Shown here: positions 41,564 to 53,860 of the stretch, one piece after another | Numbering within the stretch: position 1 is the first letter of the stretch | Layout of the letters: every line of letters starts with the position of its first letter | Made by a program: the position numbers and the translations under genes | DNA from: Auanema rhodensis | Lineage: Eukaryota > Animalia > Nematoda | Length of the DNA stretch: 64,000 nt | NCBI GenBank assembly: GCA_964057225.1 | Contig: OZ059897.1 | Span: 5,332,001 to 5,396,000, forward strand | Reading direction: 5' to 3' | The notes under the pieces: generated by a model | Database searches by the model: none | The model's input: only the letters and a program-made list of their open reading frames with translations | Told to the model about the DNA's origin: nothing

Positions 41564-43713
41564 TTACATTAAAGAATCGAGACCAATAAACTCTGTATCA
41601 TCGTCCACAAAAGAATTCATTATATCTGAAATTGGAACCGTGGATGCTCTGAAATAAATGACAGGAATTTGAATTTGTTAAGGTATATCAAGAATACACA
41701 TACATTTTTCTTTGCTGTGAAGCTGATCCAGAAGGAATGTCAACTGAACTTCTAGTAGGAAGCGATGATTTCGGAATATCCATTACTATGGGAGTTTCTT
41801 CGTCAAATGAATCAGGGGAGAAAGAAAATCTGAAAATGTTAAAGATAGAAATTTCAAAAGATTGTAGTCTCACTTATGACTATAAGATGGCTGCATGTTA
41901 GTTAAAGGTACTGTTTCTGGGGCTTCTTCTTCGTCAGGACTATCGAATGTGAACGAAGAAAATTCTTAATTTCAATAGTAATAACATGAATTCGCAAAAC
42001 TTACTGTTTTTCCAAGGACCTTCCTCTGTAAGTTTTTGTTTTGTACAAGTTGACTCAAGTATAGTTTTATCAGAACGGTGAGATTGGATTAATGTCCTAT
42101 CAATATCAAAACTAGAATTTGAAGTAACATGTTCATCCGTTCTTCCTGTTTTTTTCGAAAATGACTAAATTTGAATTGACAAATCTACATCAATCTCATC
42201 TTTATTCAAACCTTCTTAGCTGGAGATACAAACAGATCCTCATCATCGAATGAATCTTGCTCTCGTTGTTGAACTACAATAGCTAAGTTAATGAAGAATA
42301 AATGAAAACTATTTTCTTACCTAAAAATGTTTTTGAGGGAGTAACTTTTCGAGAACTTGTTTTTGGGCATTCTTTTCTAGGTGTTTCTTGGAACAGGTCA
42401 AAGCTATCGTTCGGATCTCGATTCTGAGGCGGGGAAGAATGTTCTGCTTGAAGTGGCTCAATCCTAGAGATGCAGTTAAACGAGGACACTGTTGGATCTT
42501 TAATAGAATTTGGTGCGCTTTCTAAAACACAATTTTGATAAAGTGAACAAATAGTATTGCTGTACTATTCTCTGGATTGTAGTCATCTTCGTAAAACACG
42601 TCACGAGAAAATGAATCATGGTCTTGATTCACATGCGGTATTGCATTTAATTGGAGTGGAGTTGCATTTAATTGGAGTGGAGTTGCATCTAATTGGAGTG
42701 GAGTTTCGTCTTCTTCTTCTTCTTCTAAAATGTGGCCCAGTGCCATACCAGATGGAGCTGTAAGTGCACTCTGAAAGTCGGCAATTTATTTCAGAAAAAC
42801 TTTAAGAGCATACTTTGGTAGATATAGGAGTGATGCACGATAATCCGGGCAAAGGCCGTTTTTGACTTGGTTTATAAGGCGTAGAAGAAGCTAGAGGTGT
42901 TGTACCATGATCCACAGAAACATTATTCTGGAAATTAAAAAGAATACTTTTTCTCTTGCTGCGAATTAACTTGTTTTACATTTACATTTTCGGGAGCAAC
43001 TTCGATTATTTCGCACTCCTCGTCGGTGTTCAAAGTTATCATGGTATCTGTCTTAAAAAACTAAATATTTCAAAAATATGAAGTATACCGTACCTTCTCA
43101 ACTAGAGGAATAGCAGAAATTTCAGGAAATTCCAAAAGAGAAGCGCCAAGGGAAGGTTTAAAGGGAGTCGAAGTCGCGATAGGAAGTACAGGAACGGCTA
43201 AACACAAATCGGATATTACATCAAAAAATTTCAATGTTAAAGATCCAACCTTTATCTATTTTTATTTGAGTTTTGCCTTTTTTAGGAGCATTCGGAGCCA
43301 CTTCTTCAATGGTATCAGGTGAATTCAAAGCATTCATCTGCAAAAGAAGTAATACTTATGATGAAACAGTCTACTAGTTATCAAACCAAGGCCTCATTTC
43401 TACGAAGAAGAAGTAAAACATCATCATTGTTGCAATTCTGTCGCCCAGCATGCCTGAAACAGATCGTATTTTCATGAATTCTTTTGCGTGATGACACTTG
43501 GAAAAGGCTAATAAATCCGGAGTCCAATGATTAGTAACAATATCAAAAACGAGACTAGAAATTTTCGATAAAACTTCAGTAGAAAACTCAAGATCTAAAA
43601 AAGAGATTCCATAAGAGATATAAACTAAGAATGAAACCTTTGGACTGTTCGACTTGAATATCTCTCTTCACATCCTCTGCAGTTGTGAGAACAGATAAAT
43701 GAACAGCTTTCAT
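41564..43713 (-). CDS. CENP-S/MHF1-like histone-fold protein with a long disordered C-terminal extension
   Basis: The N-terminus MKAVHLSVLTTAEDVKRDIQVEQSK|DLEFSTEVLSKISSLVFDIVTNHWTPDLLAFSK|HAGRQNCNNDDVLLLLRRNEAL fits the CENP-S pattern (KA.H..V; F+....I; DL..F.KHA.R.....DV.LL.RR). It is followed by many small S/T/P/D/E-rich exons to ...FIGLDSLM*. Confidence 0.8.
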
Positions 43714-43778
43714 AATTTCCTTGAAAATTGATAAAGAAATAGTAAGAAATTATTGATATTATAATTCATTGATTTATA

Positions 43779-44756
43779 TTATTCACGCTCACATAAAACA
43801 CGTCTAATTTCGAACAAATGCGGTATTAAGAGATCAGAATCGTGACCAGAATCATTAGTAAGATGTTCATTTACAAAGCTGTCAAACGAGAGATTACGAG
43901 TATAAGTAAACCGACAATCTTTTTCTAAAAAGGACAAAAACTTTTGGAGACTACCTTTACGGTAAGGACTACAAACATAAGCACAGCCACCTCTGGCCAA
44001 TAGAGAATCAAAGGAATCTAATAATGAAGCATGATATTGCTCAAAAAACACACAATCAGCAGCTAGAATCACATCATACACGTTAGTAGATTTATCACCC
44101 CAGATATATAATGAAGCAGAGACATTGGGCAAAGAATTATGAGCAATCACGGCTGACACAGATGAGACGGAATTCGAATTTCCGTCTGTTAGGGTAACGG
44201 ATAAAGCAAACTGTGCAGCAACTAAGCCAGGCAGCCCTATCAAACCAGAACCAAGTTCTACAACAGCCTTACCATCAACCAATTCTCTGTTGTGGTCAAT
44301 GTAAGAAGCCAATGCTTCGCCTCCAGGCCAAAGACGAGCATTTCCAGTGTTATCAAAACCACATAATCCTTTAATGCTAACACGATCAAAATTTATAGGA
44401 ATTTCCAGGCAGAAAGTATTGGATCTACTAGATTCCAAAAAATAGCGCTCCAAAGTATTCGTTGAGGGCTTTTGAACGATTTTGAAAAAACCGAGAGAAC
44501 ATTGAAGAGGATCTGCATCATGCGATATAGCCTTACGTATCTTCTTAGCAAACGCAGCCCAGTGTGACCGTGCCCGAATTTTTTTCTATAAAAACTTCGC
44601 TTTACCCCCAAAAATTTGTGTTATTCCCAAAAAAATAAGTAGAACAAAGATCCTTACCTCATCGTTAATGAAATCATCAAGGCGAGTATCGTTTGAGGTT
44701 GACGGACATGGTTGATTATCTACAGGCTTTTCTTTGGTCGTTCGTCGTCGTTTCAT
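43779..44756 (-). CDS. camt-1: Calmodulin-lysine N-methyltransferase (CAMKMT)
   Basis: Two exons: MKRRTT...FINDE|KKIRARSHWAAFAKKI... Motifs GFDNTGNARLWPGGEALA, VELGSGLIGLPGL, LTDGN and DVILAADCVFF. Confidence 0.88.
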
Positions 44757-44838
44757 CCTAAAATTATTTATATTATTTTATCAACAATAACAACAAATAC
44801 ATAACAAGAAGACATAACAAATTACAGAAAAATGAGAT

Positions 44839-45516
44839 CTATCCATCACCATAAATACAATGCAATCCTGCATTCATTAATTTTTCTTCGGATTGCAAAC
44901 GAGCACAACCATCTCTAATAATTCGGTACTTATTTGGAGTAGAAAGATCAATTATTGTGCTTCCAAATCCATCATTATTTCCTATCAAACCGCCATCAAT
45001 TACTAAATCGATATCACACAGTAAATCTTCAAAATCTGCTAGACACACTGGGCTTTTTGAAGAACCGCTCATATTAGCCGATGTTTGTGCAAGAGGTTGA
45101 TTTAAAATTTTACATAAAGCATTAACAAAAGGAGCATCAGGCACACGAATTCCAACATTCATACAATCTGGATTGAAAAAAGGTGGGAGGCAAGGTTTTC
45201 TTTCGAATAGTAACGTGACTGGTCCAGGTAGTAAGCTCTTAGCTAAATCCATTGAAATTGTTTGGCGAGCCCAATTTGATATGTCGTTTGGAGACGATAC
45301 GAACAACCCAAGCGGTTTCTGATGCGATCGCTTCTTCAGCTCAAAAAGCTTTTCAGAATGATGCACGAGAGTAGACACTCCGTAAAGCGTGTCAGTCGGT
45401 AAAGCTACAATTCCACCTCTACTTAATACGCGAGCAGCAGCTTCTACAGCTTCTTCAAAAGTTTCAGGAGCCAATCGTAATACTTTGCATACAGATCCCA
45501 GAGCTACAGCCGGCAT
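44839..45516 (-). CDS. YRDC: YrdC/Sua5 threonylcarbamoyl-AMP synthase (t6A tRNA modification), intronless
   Basis: ALPTDTLYG, ELKKRSHQKPL, LLPGPVTL, VGIRVPD, PLAQTSANMSG, GSTIIDL. Confidence 0.95.
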   Translation of the reverse strand: MPAVALGSVCKVLRLAPETFEEAVEAAARVLSRGGIVALPTDTLYGVSTLVHHSEKLFELKKRSHQKPLGLFVSSPNDISNWARQTISMDLAKSLLPGPVTLLFERKPCLPPFFNPDCMNVGIRVPDAPFVNALCKILNQPLAQTSANMSGSSKSPVCLADFEDLLCDIDLVIDGGLIGNNDGFGSTIIDLSTPNKYRIIRDGCARLQSEEKLMNAGLHCIYGDG

Positions 45517-45728
45517 TTTGCTGTAAAACAGTGAATAAAAAATGAATAAATGAGCATGAAAAGATGAAAAGAAATGAAATCAAAGAAAATATTTGAAATT
45601 ATTTGTACGCATTCAAATGCGTACATGTGCTTACAGTACAAACAATTCTTTATTAGCTATACAATTATATATAAATCCACATTTAAGTTATTTTCATCAT
45701 AAGCTATTGCTTCTAAATACATGTTGGT
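45517..45728. promoter_or_regulatory. 212-bp bidirectional promoter (YRDC cluster / piga-1) with a central 10-bp inverted repeat
   Basis: Divergent ATGs at 45516 and 45729. TGTACGCATT-CA-AATGCGTACA at 45604-45625. Confidence 0.6.
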
Positions 45729-47867
45729 ATGAATAATAATAAATCAACTAAAAAGAAACGTAGTTTTAGAATAGCGTAAGTTATTTTTTGGTATGAAGCT
45801 TATTTGAACCTGTACCGTTTCAGCTTAGTTTCTGACTTCTTTTGCCCCAATGCTGGTGGAGTCGAAACTCATATCTATTTTTTAGGTGAATGCTTAATTA
45901 AGCTAGGACATAAAGTAGATTTTTTTTGGAATATTGTTTTTTACAGTATTGTTCTAGGTGATTGTGATAACCCACTCTTATGAAGGACGAAAGGGTATAT
46001 GCTTTTTGTCAAATGGATTGAAGGTGCTATTACAATTTGTTTTTTTTTTGTGAATAATTTATTCCTCCAGGTATACTATCTTCCATTTGTTGTTGCTTAC
46101 AATGGTTGCAGTCTTGCAACTATTACCGGGAGTCTTCCTTGGCTTCGTAAAATTTTTTTACGAGAAAAGATAGAATTAGTTCATGGCCATTCGGTAGGGA
46201 TAAGCTGACATCTGAAAGCAAGGCATCTGAAAACTTTTTTATTTCAGACATTTTCATCAATGGCTCATGAAGCTTTATTCAATGGTTGGATTATGGGCTT
46301 ACACACTGTTTTTACTGACCATTCCTTGTTCGGTTTTGCTGATGCATCAGCTATCTTAACAAATACTTTAGTTTTGCAATATTCTTTGGCCAATGTCGAT
46401 AGAGTTATATGTGTTTCCTACACGAGGTATGATCCGAAGTTTCAAATATGTGATTAAATTTTTTTTTTCAGTAAAGAAAATACGGTATTACGTGGTAAAT
46501 TAAATCCTCATAAAGTTGCAACTATTCCTAATGCGATTGAAACTTCTTTTTTCTATCCGGTAAAATTTTTATTATTTATTTAAATTTTATTGCCAATATA
46601 GAATAAAGAGAAGTTTTATAATAATCCTACTACTATAGTATTCATTGGGCGTTTGGTATATCGTAAAGGAGCTGATATTTTATGCTCCATAATTCCGAAG
46701 GTATTTTTAAAATATTAAAGAAATATAGACAATTACATTGAAATATCAGATTTCTAAACTCCACCCGAATGTTCGGTTTATCATAGGCGGTGATGGTCCT
46801 AAACGTGTAGATCTTGAAGAAATGAGAGAAAAATATAATCTTCATAACAGGCATAAATACATTTCAAGCTGTATTCATTATAATATTACAGGGTTATAAT
46901 GCTTGGCTTAGTTCCTCATAATATGGTCCGCGAAGTTCTCGTGGAAGGACAGGTAAATTGAAAAAAAAATAGAAAATCTTTATTTCGAACCAGTTTGAAG
47001 ACCTGTTAATTCTCTATTTGGGTAAAAGATATTTATTTGCAGATCTTCATCAATACTTCACTCACTGAAGCATTTTGTATGAGCATCGTTGAAGCCGCTA
47101 GCTGTGGGTTAGTCTGAAAGTCGATTAAATTTGAAATTGTGCTTTGTGGAATGCTTATAAGACTAAAAGTTTTAGGCTTCACGTAGTTTCAACTAAAGTC
47201 GGTGGAATACCAGAAGTTTTGCCATCTTCATTTATATCTTTAGAGGATCCCATCGTTGATGGCAAGTGGATGTCATATACAAATTGAAACTTCAAGTCTT
47301 ATTTCAGATTTAGTTAGAGCGTTAAGCGAAACAGTGATTCGTAGGGAGAATGGAGAGTTGATGGATCCAGAAGAAAAACATCAAGCAGTTACAAAAATGT
47401 ATTATTGGCCTGATGTAATTTTTTTTCGTTCTTTTCTTCAGTAAAACAAGATGCTGTTTTAGGTGGCGTCTCGAACAGAATTAGTTTATGAAGATGCAAT
47501 GAATGTTAAACCTAGAAAATGGGCTGATGGTATCAAAAAGTTTAATCCCAGAAAAACACGACCACAACCTGCAAGTTTTTAGCTATGCAGATCTTGGTTT
47601 GGGATTTGGAATTTTATACATATGGGTAGCGGTGATAAATATGATATGGATCTTAATTTTGGATTTCTTCGATCCACCTGAGGTATAATCGTTGTTTTTT
47701 TCTATTGAAGCTTTAATTTCTAGTCTAATCCACTGGCAGATGATTTACCTCTTACTCGCACATCATCGAAAGTCAATCGATCGGTCAAGTCGAACCATCT
47801 TCAGAACACTGAGAAGCACTGCAAGAGTCATCGGTCGATGAAACGGAAATCTCAGAAGGCCGATTAA
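45729..47867 (+). CDS. piga-1: GPI GlcNAc transferase catalytic subunit PIG-A
   Basis: RIA|[86 protein letters not shown] and a C-terminal TM segment. The end is either 47688 (unspliced) or 47867 (last exon 47724-47867). Confidence 0.95.
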
Positions 47868-48927
47868 ACATTTCGAAGGGTACAGAAACACCGATTGGGG
47901 TACCATAAACGGAAAGCCACCTGTAGAATTTAATTTATAATTATATTCGTAGTACATGTGATGAACTCACTTAGCTATGTAATTGCCTGAACCTTTAAGC
48001 TCGTTCATGACTTTTTCTGTATGACATGGGTGAATATTATAAAAAAGTAATCCAAGTATAGGATGTTCATTTTGACTCATATTCTTGGCCAAATCAAGAC
48101 TGTTTATATTTACGGAAAGCTCTAATGCTTCTTCTGCTGATAAGGGTATACCATCTGAAATAAATAAGCTTTAAATTGTATTTAAAAATCATTTTCTGTT
48201 CATTTCATCTATTTCTTTAAAATATTGAAAGTGTGCTATACCTCTCATATATATATTGAACCACAATGTTGGAACTGAATAAACAGAACTAAAGGTAATA
48301 TGAGCTTGTCGATTAACCACAACTTTCCTCCATTTCACCATCACAGATTGTTTCGCATATATACCTTCAGAGGACTGTAAAATATTAAAATATTCGGATT
48401 ACTAATGTCACAAAATTAATTTAGATATTTGCGCTTTCATTTTCAAATTGAAGAAGTTTTTGAATCATGTAATTTTCGTTGAAAAGCTTTATATGACGGA
48501 AATGTTCGAATAAACACCAATAAAACCCTAAGGGGTAATAATTGTTTTCTTCTTCTACGGGAAGGGTTACTAAAATCAAGCTAATTTAGTGTAATTACTT
48601 CTGAGTAACTATGGTTGAAGCAAAAACGTTGTGATTGCATGAGTTTCTGCATGACAACAAACACAATTGTTTTTATACAGAAGAATTTGCAATGAGCCAT
48701 GTAAATCAAGACAGACTTAAAGTTGCATATGTTCATATATGGGATAAAAGTTCTTAATGGTGGCTTTATGGGATGAAACTTACCAAGCTTCATAAAAACA
48801 TGCTTTTTTCTATATTAAGAGAAAAACTAACCTTGTGTAATGTCCATTTTTCTTTTGAAAATTCATTATACTTGTTAACAAATTCAGTTAAAGCTACATG
48901 AAAATCCTGCTCAGTCGCTAACGTCAT
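47785..48927 (-). CDS. atg-10: Autophagy E2-like enzyme ATG10
   Basis: MTLATEQDFHVALTEF, HITFSSVYSVPTLWF, DGIPL, SQNEHPILGLLFYNIHPCHT (catalytic HPC), NYIAK|WLSVYG; stop at 47785. Confidence 0.88.
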
Positions 48928-51900
48928 GTTGTGTGATAGTGATAGACCTTCAAAATAAGTTGATTTGGCGTTCGTAATTGGACAGATTAGTTAAAAAACA
49001 AAGTAAAAATTTAAAAAATTTTTAATACTAAACAAAAAATAAGGTTGAAAATTTGAAGATGGCGATAGGTGAATGCGGCATGGAATTGGAATGTGTAGGA
49101 CGGCAAAGAGACAACGGACCCCGCCCATTTCACTGAGAATAGTGAGGGGGCCGTAGAACGAGGATGAAAGACATGCAAGGGAGTGCGGCGAGGAAAGAAA
49201 TTGCTGTGGAAAGTAGTCAGATTAGATACTCTTCGTCTTCTTTTCGTCCTCTCCTTTCCCCTGCATACTTTTCTTTATTCTTTTTTCTGAGAGTAAAGAT
49301 GAGGAAATGATCGAGGAAATTGTCTTATAAAATATATATATATATATAAAATTTTTAGTAATGAGGAAAATATCATTAAAGATAAATATTATGACATTTT
49401 TAAAACAAGAATGTTTTATCAACAGTCAGACATCAGCGTCTTCGATGCTTTCTTTGAAACTGCTAATATAATATTAATATAAAGCTGAGAAATTTGAAAT
49501 TGTTTAATTCTGCTCTTGTTCTACAAAGAAGTTTTCAAATCGGATTGATGCACTAAAAAAGGCAAAACCCCTAACCTAAAACTAGAAATACTTGAAAACT
49601 TTTGGTTTTCGAAAAACGAAAGATGAAAGGATTGGGCCAACCTAACTTTGGAAAGTTTCAAGATGAATATTCAATTTCATGCAGTGATTGAAGTAAAGGT
49701 TTTTGTATTGTCTAAACAAACAAGTTACAAGTAAAAATGATAAGTAATGAGTGGGTTTGATTAAGAAACATTTCACATGAAATAGTTGATCATTGAAATG
49801 TTCTTGGGTGACAGAAAAGCATATTTAAAACTTTACAATACTATAAATAAAAACATGAAAAGGCCAATCAGCAATACTAAACAAAGCAGATGAGGAAAAG
49901 ACATGGACATTTTCGTTGACAGAAGAGAGACGCTCTCATGGATGTAAGAAGGGTATGCTCTGAGCAAATGCTGAGCAGTAGAGAGTACAATGAGTTAAAC
50001 TGGCAAACGTGCAAAAAACAAGTGGCTTTGGGCTTGATTCTTCAAGAAAATTATGAAAAAAATAAATTTAATAAGCCTTAAAAATGTTTTTTTTTCTGAA
50101 ACATTCACATTTTTGTGAAACATTCAGGTACGCCTGCTTGGCTTAGCTTAAAGAACTCACTAACTCAATAGAATGTGAAAATTAAAGAAAGAGAATGGCT
50201 GCTACTGGTCATGCAAAGAAATTTTGTTCTTTGATTTTTATGCTGATTTATGTTACATATATAACATTTCTATCGTGTTTCAAATTCATATTAAAAAATG
50301 GATTGAAAAGTATATTTTTCATTTCAGCTGAAGTTTTTTCTTAGTATCAGATGGCAAAAAAAAAGGAAACAAGTATTATGTCGAGTAAATTCTAGGTAGA
50401 CAGAACGCGCAAAGAGAAATATTAAATTAGAATTAAATAACATATGGACTACTTAGTAACGTTCAGTTTCACTTTCACATTATCTAGTATCCAAGTTTTG
50501 AAAAAATGACCAAAAAGTTTTAAAAAGCATGTAGTTTTGTTTGTTTTAAAATGTTTCGAGTGGAAACAATCACTGAAAAGATTGGCAAAAGTCGTGATGT
50601 TCTGGATTAATGACTCAATTTCCGAAGTATTTTTCAATTGTTAATTGAAAAAATTGAACGAATAGAAAAGACGGATGTTGGAATTGTTTGCAGATGGCGA
50701 AGATGAAAATGAGGATGATGATGAGTTAGATGATCAACAAAAAAGACCAAATCCTTCGTAGAGCATTCGTCTCATGCATCCCACATAGCTCTAACCAATA
50801 AAATCATTCATTAAATTTTTAAATTAGAAGAAAATGAAGAGTAATATTTTCATAGATATCTTGCGATGATTCTCAATCCACATTTCTCCATAAGAAATAA
50901 GAAAAGGTTTTAGAAAATTGACAGAATGGAATGTTACTTTATAAGTCGAAGTTTTAGATTCAAGTTTTATGAGAAATATATTCAAGACACATGCATGTAT
51001 GCACATATATACATATGTTTGAATGTATACACTTATGACAAGGGAACGAAATTCAATTTCTGCTTAATTTGCCTATATATGGCAATTTTAAATGAAATAT
51101 GTATGTATGTATATGAAAATCTTACTACGATCATGTTGTGTGTTTATAACACAATAACGATCAAAATACAGTTAAAGGATATGCTGGAAAATACTTTTTT
51201 TCAAAAATTAAAACATTTCAACAGCAATACAACAATAAGTAATTATATTCTACTTTCAAGTGTAAATTTCTAGTTCTTTTCCAGAAAAAAATTCTGAAAT
51301 ATGATAGGCAACTTTATTTCTTCAAAAATAATAGAATTGATTTTTAGAAAATAATTTTTCTTGAATAATATTTATACTCAAAAACGAATTTTCGCATAGT
51401 ATTATAAAATCCCCGAACATACAGCAAATAATATTCATGTATTGAAAATACAAATCGAAAGTTTCAAATGTTATTTAGAATTACATAAAAATAATGCTGA
51501 ATAAACATTTTTTGGATTTAATTCTCATATTTTCTGAAGAATATAAGAACAGAAATTTCTATTACGTCCCCCTTGAAAACACTTAGTATTTGAAATAAGG
51601 AAGTTTAACTTTATTTTAAATATAAATTCAAAGTTTCAGTTTTTTTTCTAAAATTATTGATTTATTTGTATTATTTGTTCAAAAGTACATAATAAATGAA
51701 AACAATGAACTAAAATAGAACAAAGTTTACAATAGTGTCCAATCACTCCTACGTCGAAATTTTAAGACATTTTGTCTATAACCATCTTGGCAGATGACAA
51801 ATGTCGTCTAACACTGCTCATCTCAGTTTCCAAAAGTTACTACACAGAAATTTTCAGCATCACTACACTTTTCTTTTGGATGCACTAGTATTCGAAAAAT

Positions 51901-53793
51901 ACATTTCGGCATTTTTTTCTTTAAAACTTTTTAAAAAACGTTTTCTAAGTAATTACAAATAGGAAATACAATAATGACCAATATACACTTGTACACGTGA
52001 ATCAATTTATTTTAATTTTTGACCTCTGATTGATTTTTTTTAAAATTTAAACTGAGCTGCTGTTGTTTCAAGATTAGTTTTAAATGCTCACATATTTTGA
52101 TTATGATATCTTTTTTTTGTGAATTCAAAGTGTAATCTCAAATAAACAGCCAATGAATCAAGTTGAAGCCACAAAGCGCGCCTGCTTCCCCTCTCAGCTT
52201 ATTCCTGCATTTCAGCAGGTTTTAGAACACAGGAACTTTTTTTATAAATTAGTATATGTTAGTTGAATCCTGGACAACATAACTTTTCTTTATTTTAATT
52301 TATAGTATTTTCTTAGAACATCCAATACTAACCCATTCATTTAATTTTATAAGAAAAATGTTATTATTATTATACTGATAATTGGTATCATTAGAAAGTA
52401 TGTGATGTATATATTCAGATCAGAATCTGAATTACTTACTCATAGTGAGCAGTATAGGATTTTACTTTTGTTCACTAAACTATGTAGTATGTTAGAGCAA
52501 ACAGTTTAAAGAGGCCCCGAGGGTATAGTTGAAAGCATTCTTCTATTTTCTTTAGGGAATCAAATTTATATTATATTTGTATTATTACTATCAATATTAT
52601 TTGATAAAGACTTAAGATTATCTAACTTTATCTCTCTTTCACGATTGAAACCGTATTTCAAGCTTCAAGTTGTTCCTCTCTAAGAAGTGTTAGAGCATTT
52701 TTTGTTTTAGATTCATGCCACTAAACACAATGGTTACTGTAAATGATTAGTTTTACACATTTATGTTATTTTTATGTTTCCTTTGTTGGAAATCTTTTTA
52801 TGAATGTTCTATTTTCTTCTGTATTATGTGACTCATAAAGCAAAGACATTCCGTAGGCGGTTTGACTTTTTCGTGATTCACAAAACTCTGCACACGTCGT
52901 CTGTTTAACCATATTGCTCTCTAAACAAAATATTTTCTTGAAACATCTCCTATTTTTGTATTCATATCAGCAATTAATCTCAATACGTATTTTTGTATAT
53001 GATCACATTATGTTTTTTTTGTATTTTAAATAGGTTACGTATTGAATAAAAAAGGTTACCGCACATGAAATATAGTAGGTCTACTATCTTATTGTGACAT
53101 CTTAATTAATTATCTTATATTTCTGCAAAGCAATTCATTACTATTCACGATTTTATTCTTTATATATTCAATGTTTTTCGCATTTTGCATTTAAACTTCA
53201 CATTTAAATATGAAGTTTGTCGATATTGTCGTCGCTAACCTTTGATTTTCAATTTGACATTGTTAAATCAGCAGAATATTTAGCATGTTCACAAATAAAA
53301 AAAAATCTGTGAATGATTATAAAAATATTAATGTGTGTCTTCCTTTATCGGTATTTCTTCTTTTGTTTGAATCGATTGCTTCTTTTTCAACACAGTTCTT
53401 TCGCCACTCCCTTTAGATAGTCAGTTGACCAATGCGGAGGCCTTCAACATCTATTTCCGTTGACAATATCTGATGTCATTTTTGCTTGTTATTATAATAG
53501 TAAAATAGTTTTTTTTAATTATTTTATTCTCGTAAAAGAAGAAGAACTTGTGCAGCTTTATCTCATAGTATTTATTTCTTATGGTTTACGTACAAATCCT
53601 AAGAGGTTCTTATACAATTTTCTGCATCCAATTCCTATTCAGTTTATTTTGGGATACTAGTTGTATTCAAAGACTCTCCACTATTCTTATATAACTTGAG
53701 TGTTGGCCTAATCCATGAGAACCGTGAATATCTTCTTAGTTAAATGTTAAAGTTGCACTAAACTAGGCATCCTCGGTATAAGTTTCCTATCAA

Positions 53794-53802
53794 CTCTCTC
53801 TC

Positions 53803-53858
<56 letters not shown>

Positions 53859-53860
53859 TC
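53794..53860. repeat. (CT)n microsatellite
   Basis: About 30 CT units with two interruptions. Confidence 0.9.

Noticed and set aside
47073-47083. TTTTGTATGAG, identical to the 5' half of lsy-6
   Set aside because: It lies in the conserved PIG-A codons AFCMS with no hairpin, so it is coincidental.
50351-50762. Possible two-exon acidic micro-ORF (MAKKKETSIMS|NGEDENEDDDELDDQQKRPNPS)
   Set aside because: Only 33 aa and low-complexity. Similar GAT/TCA-rich tracts are common in the non-coding DNA here.
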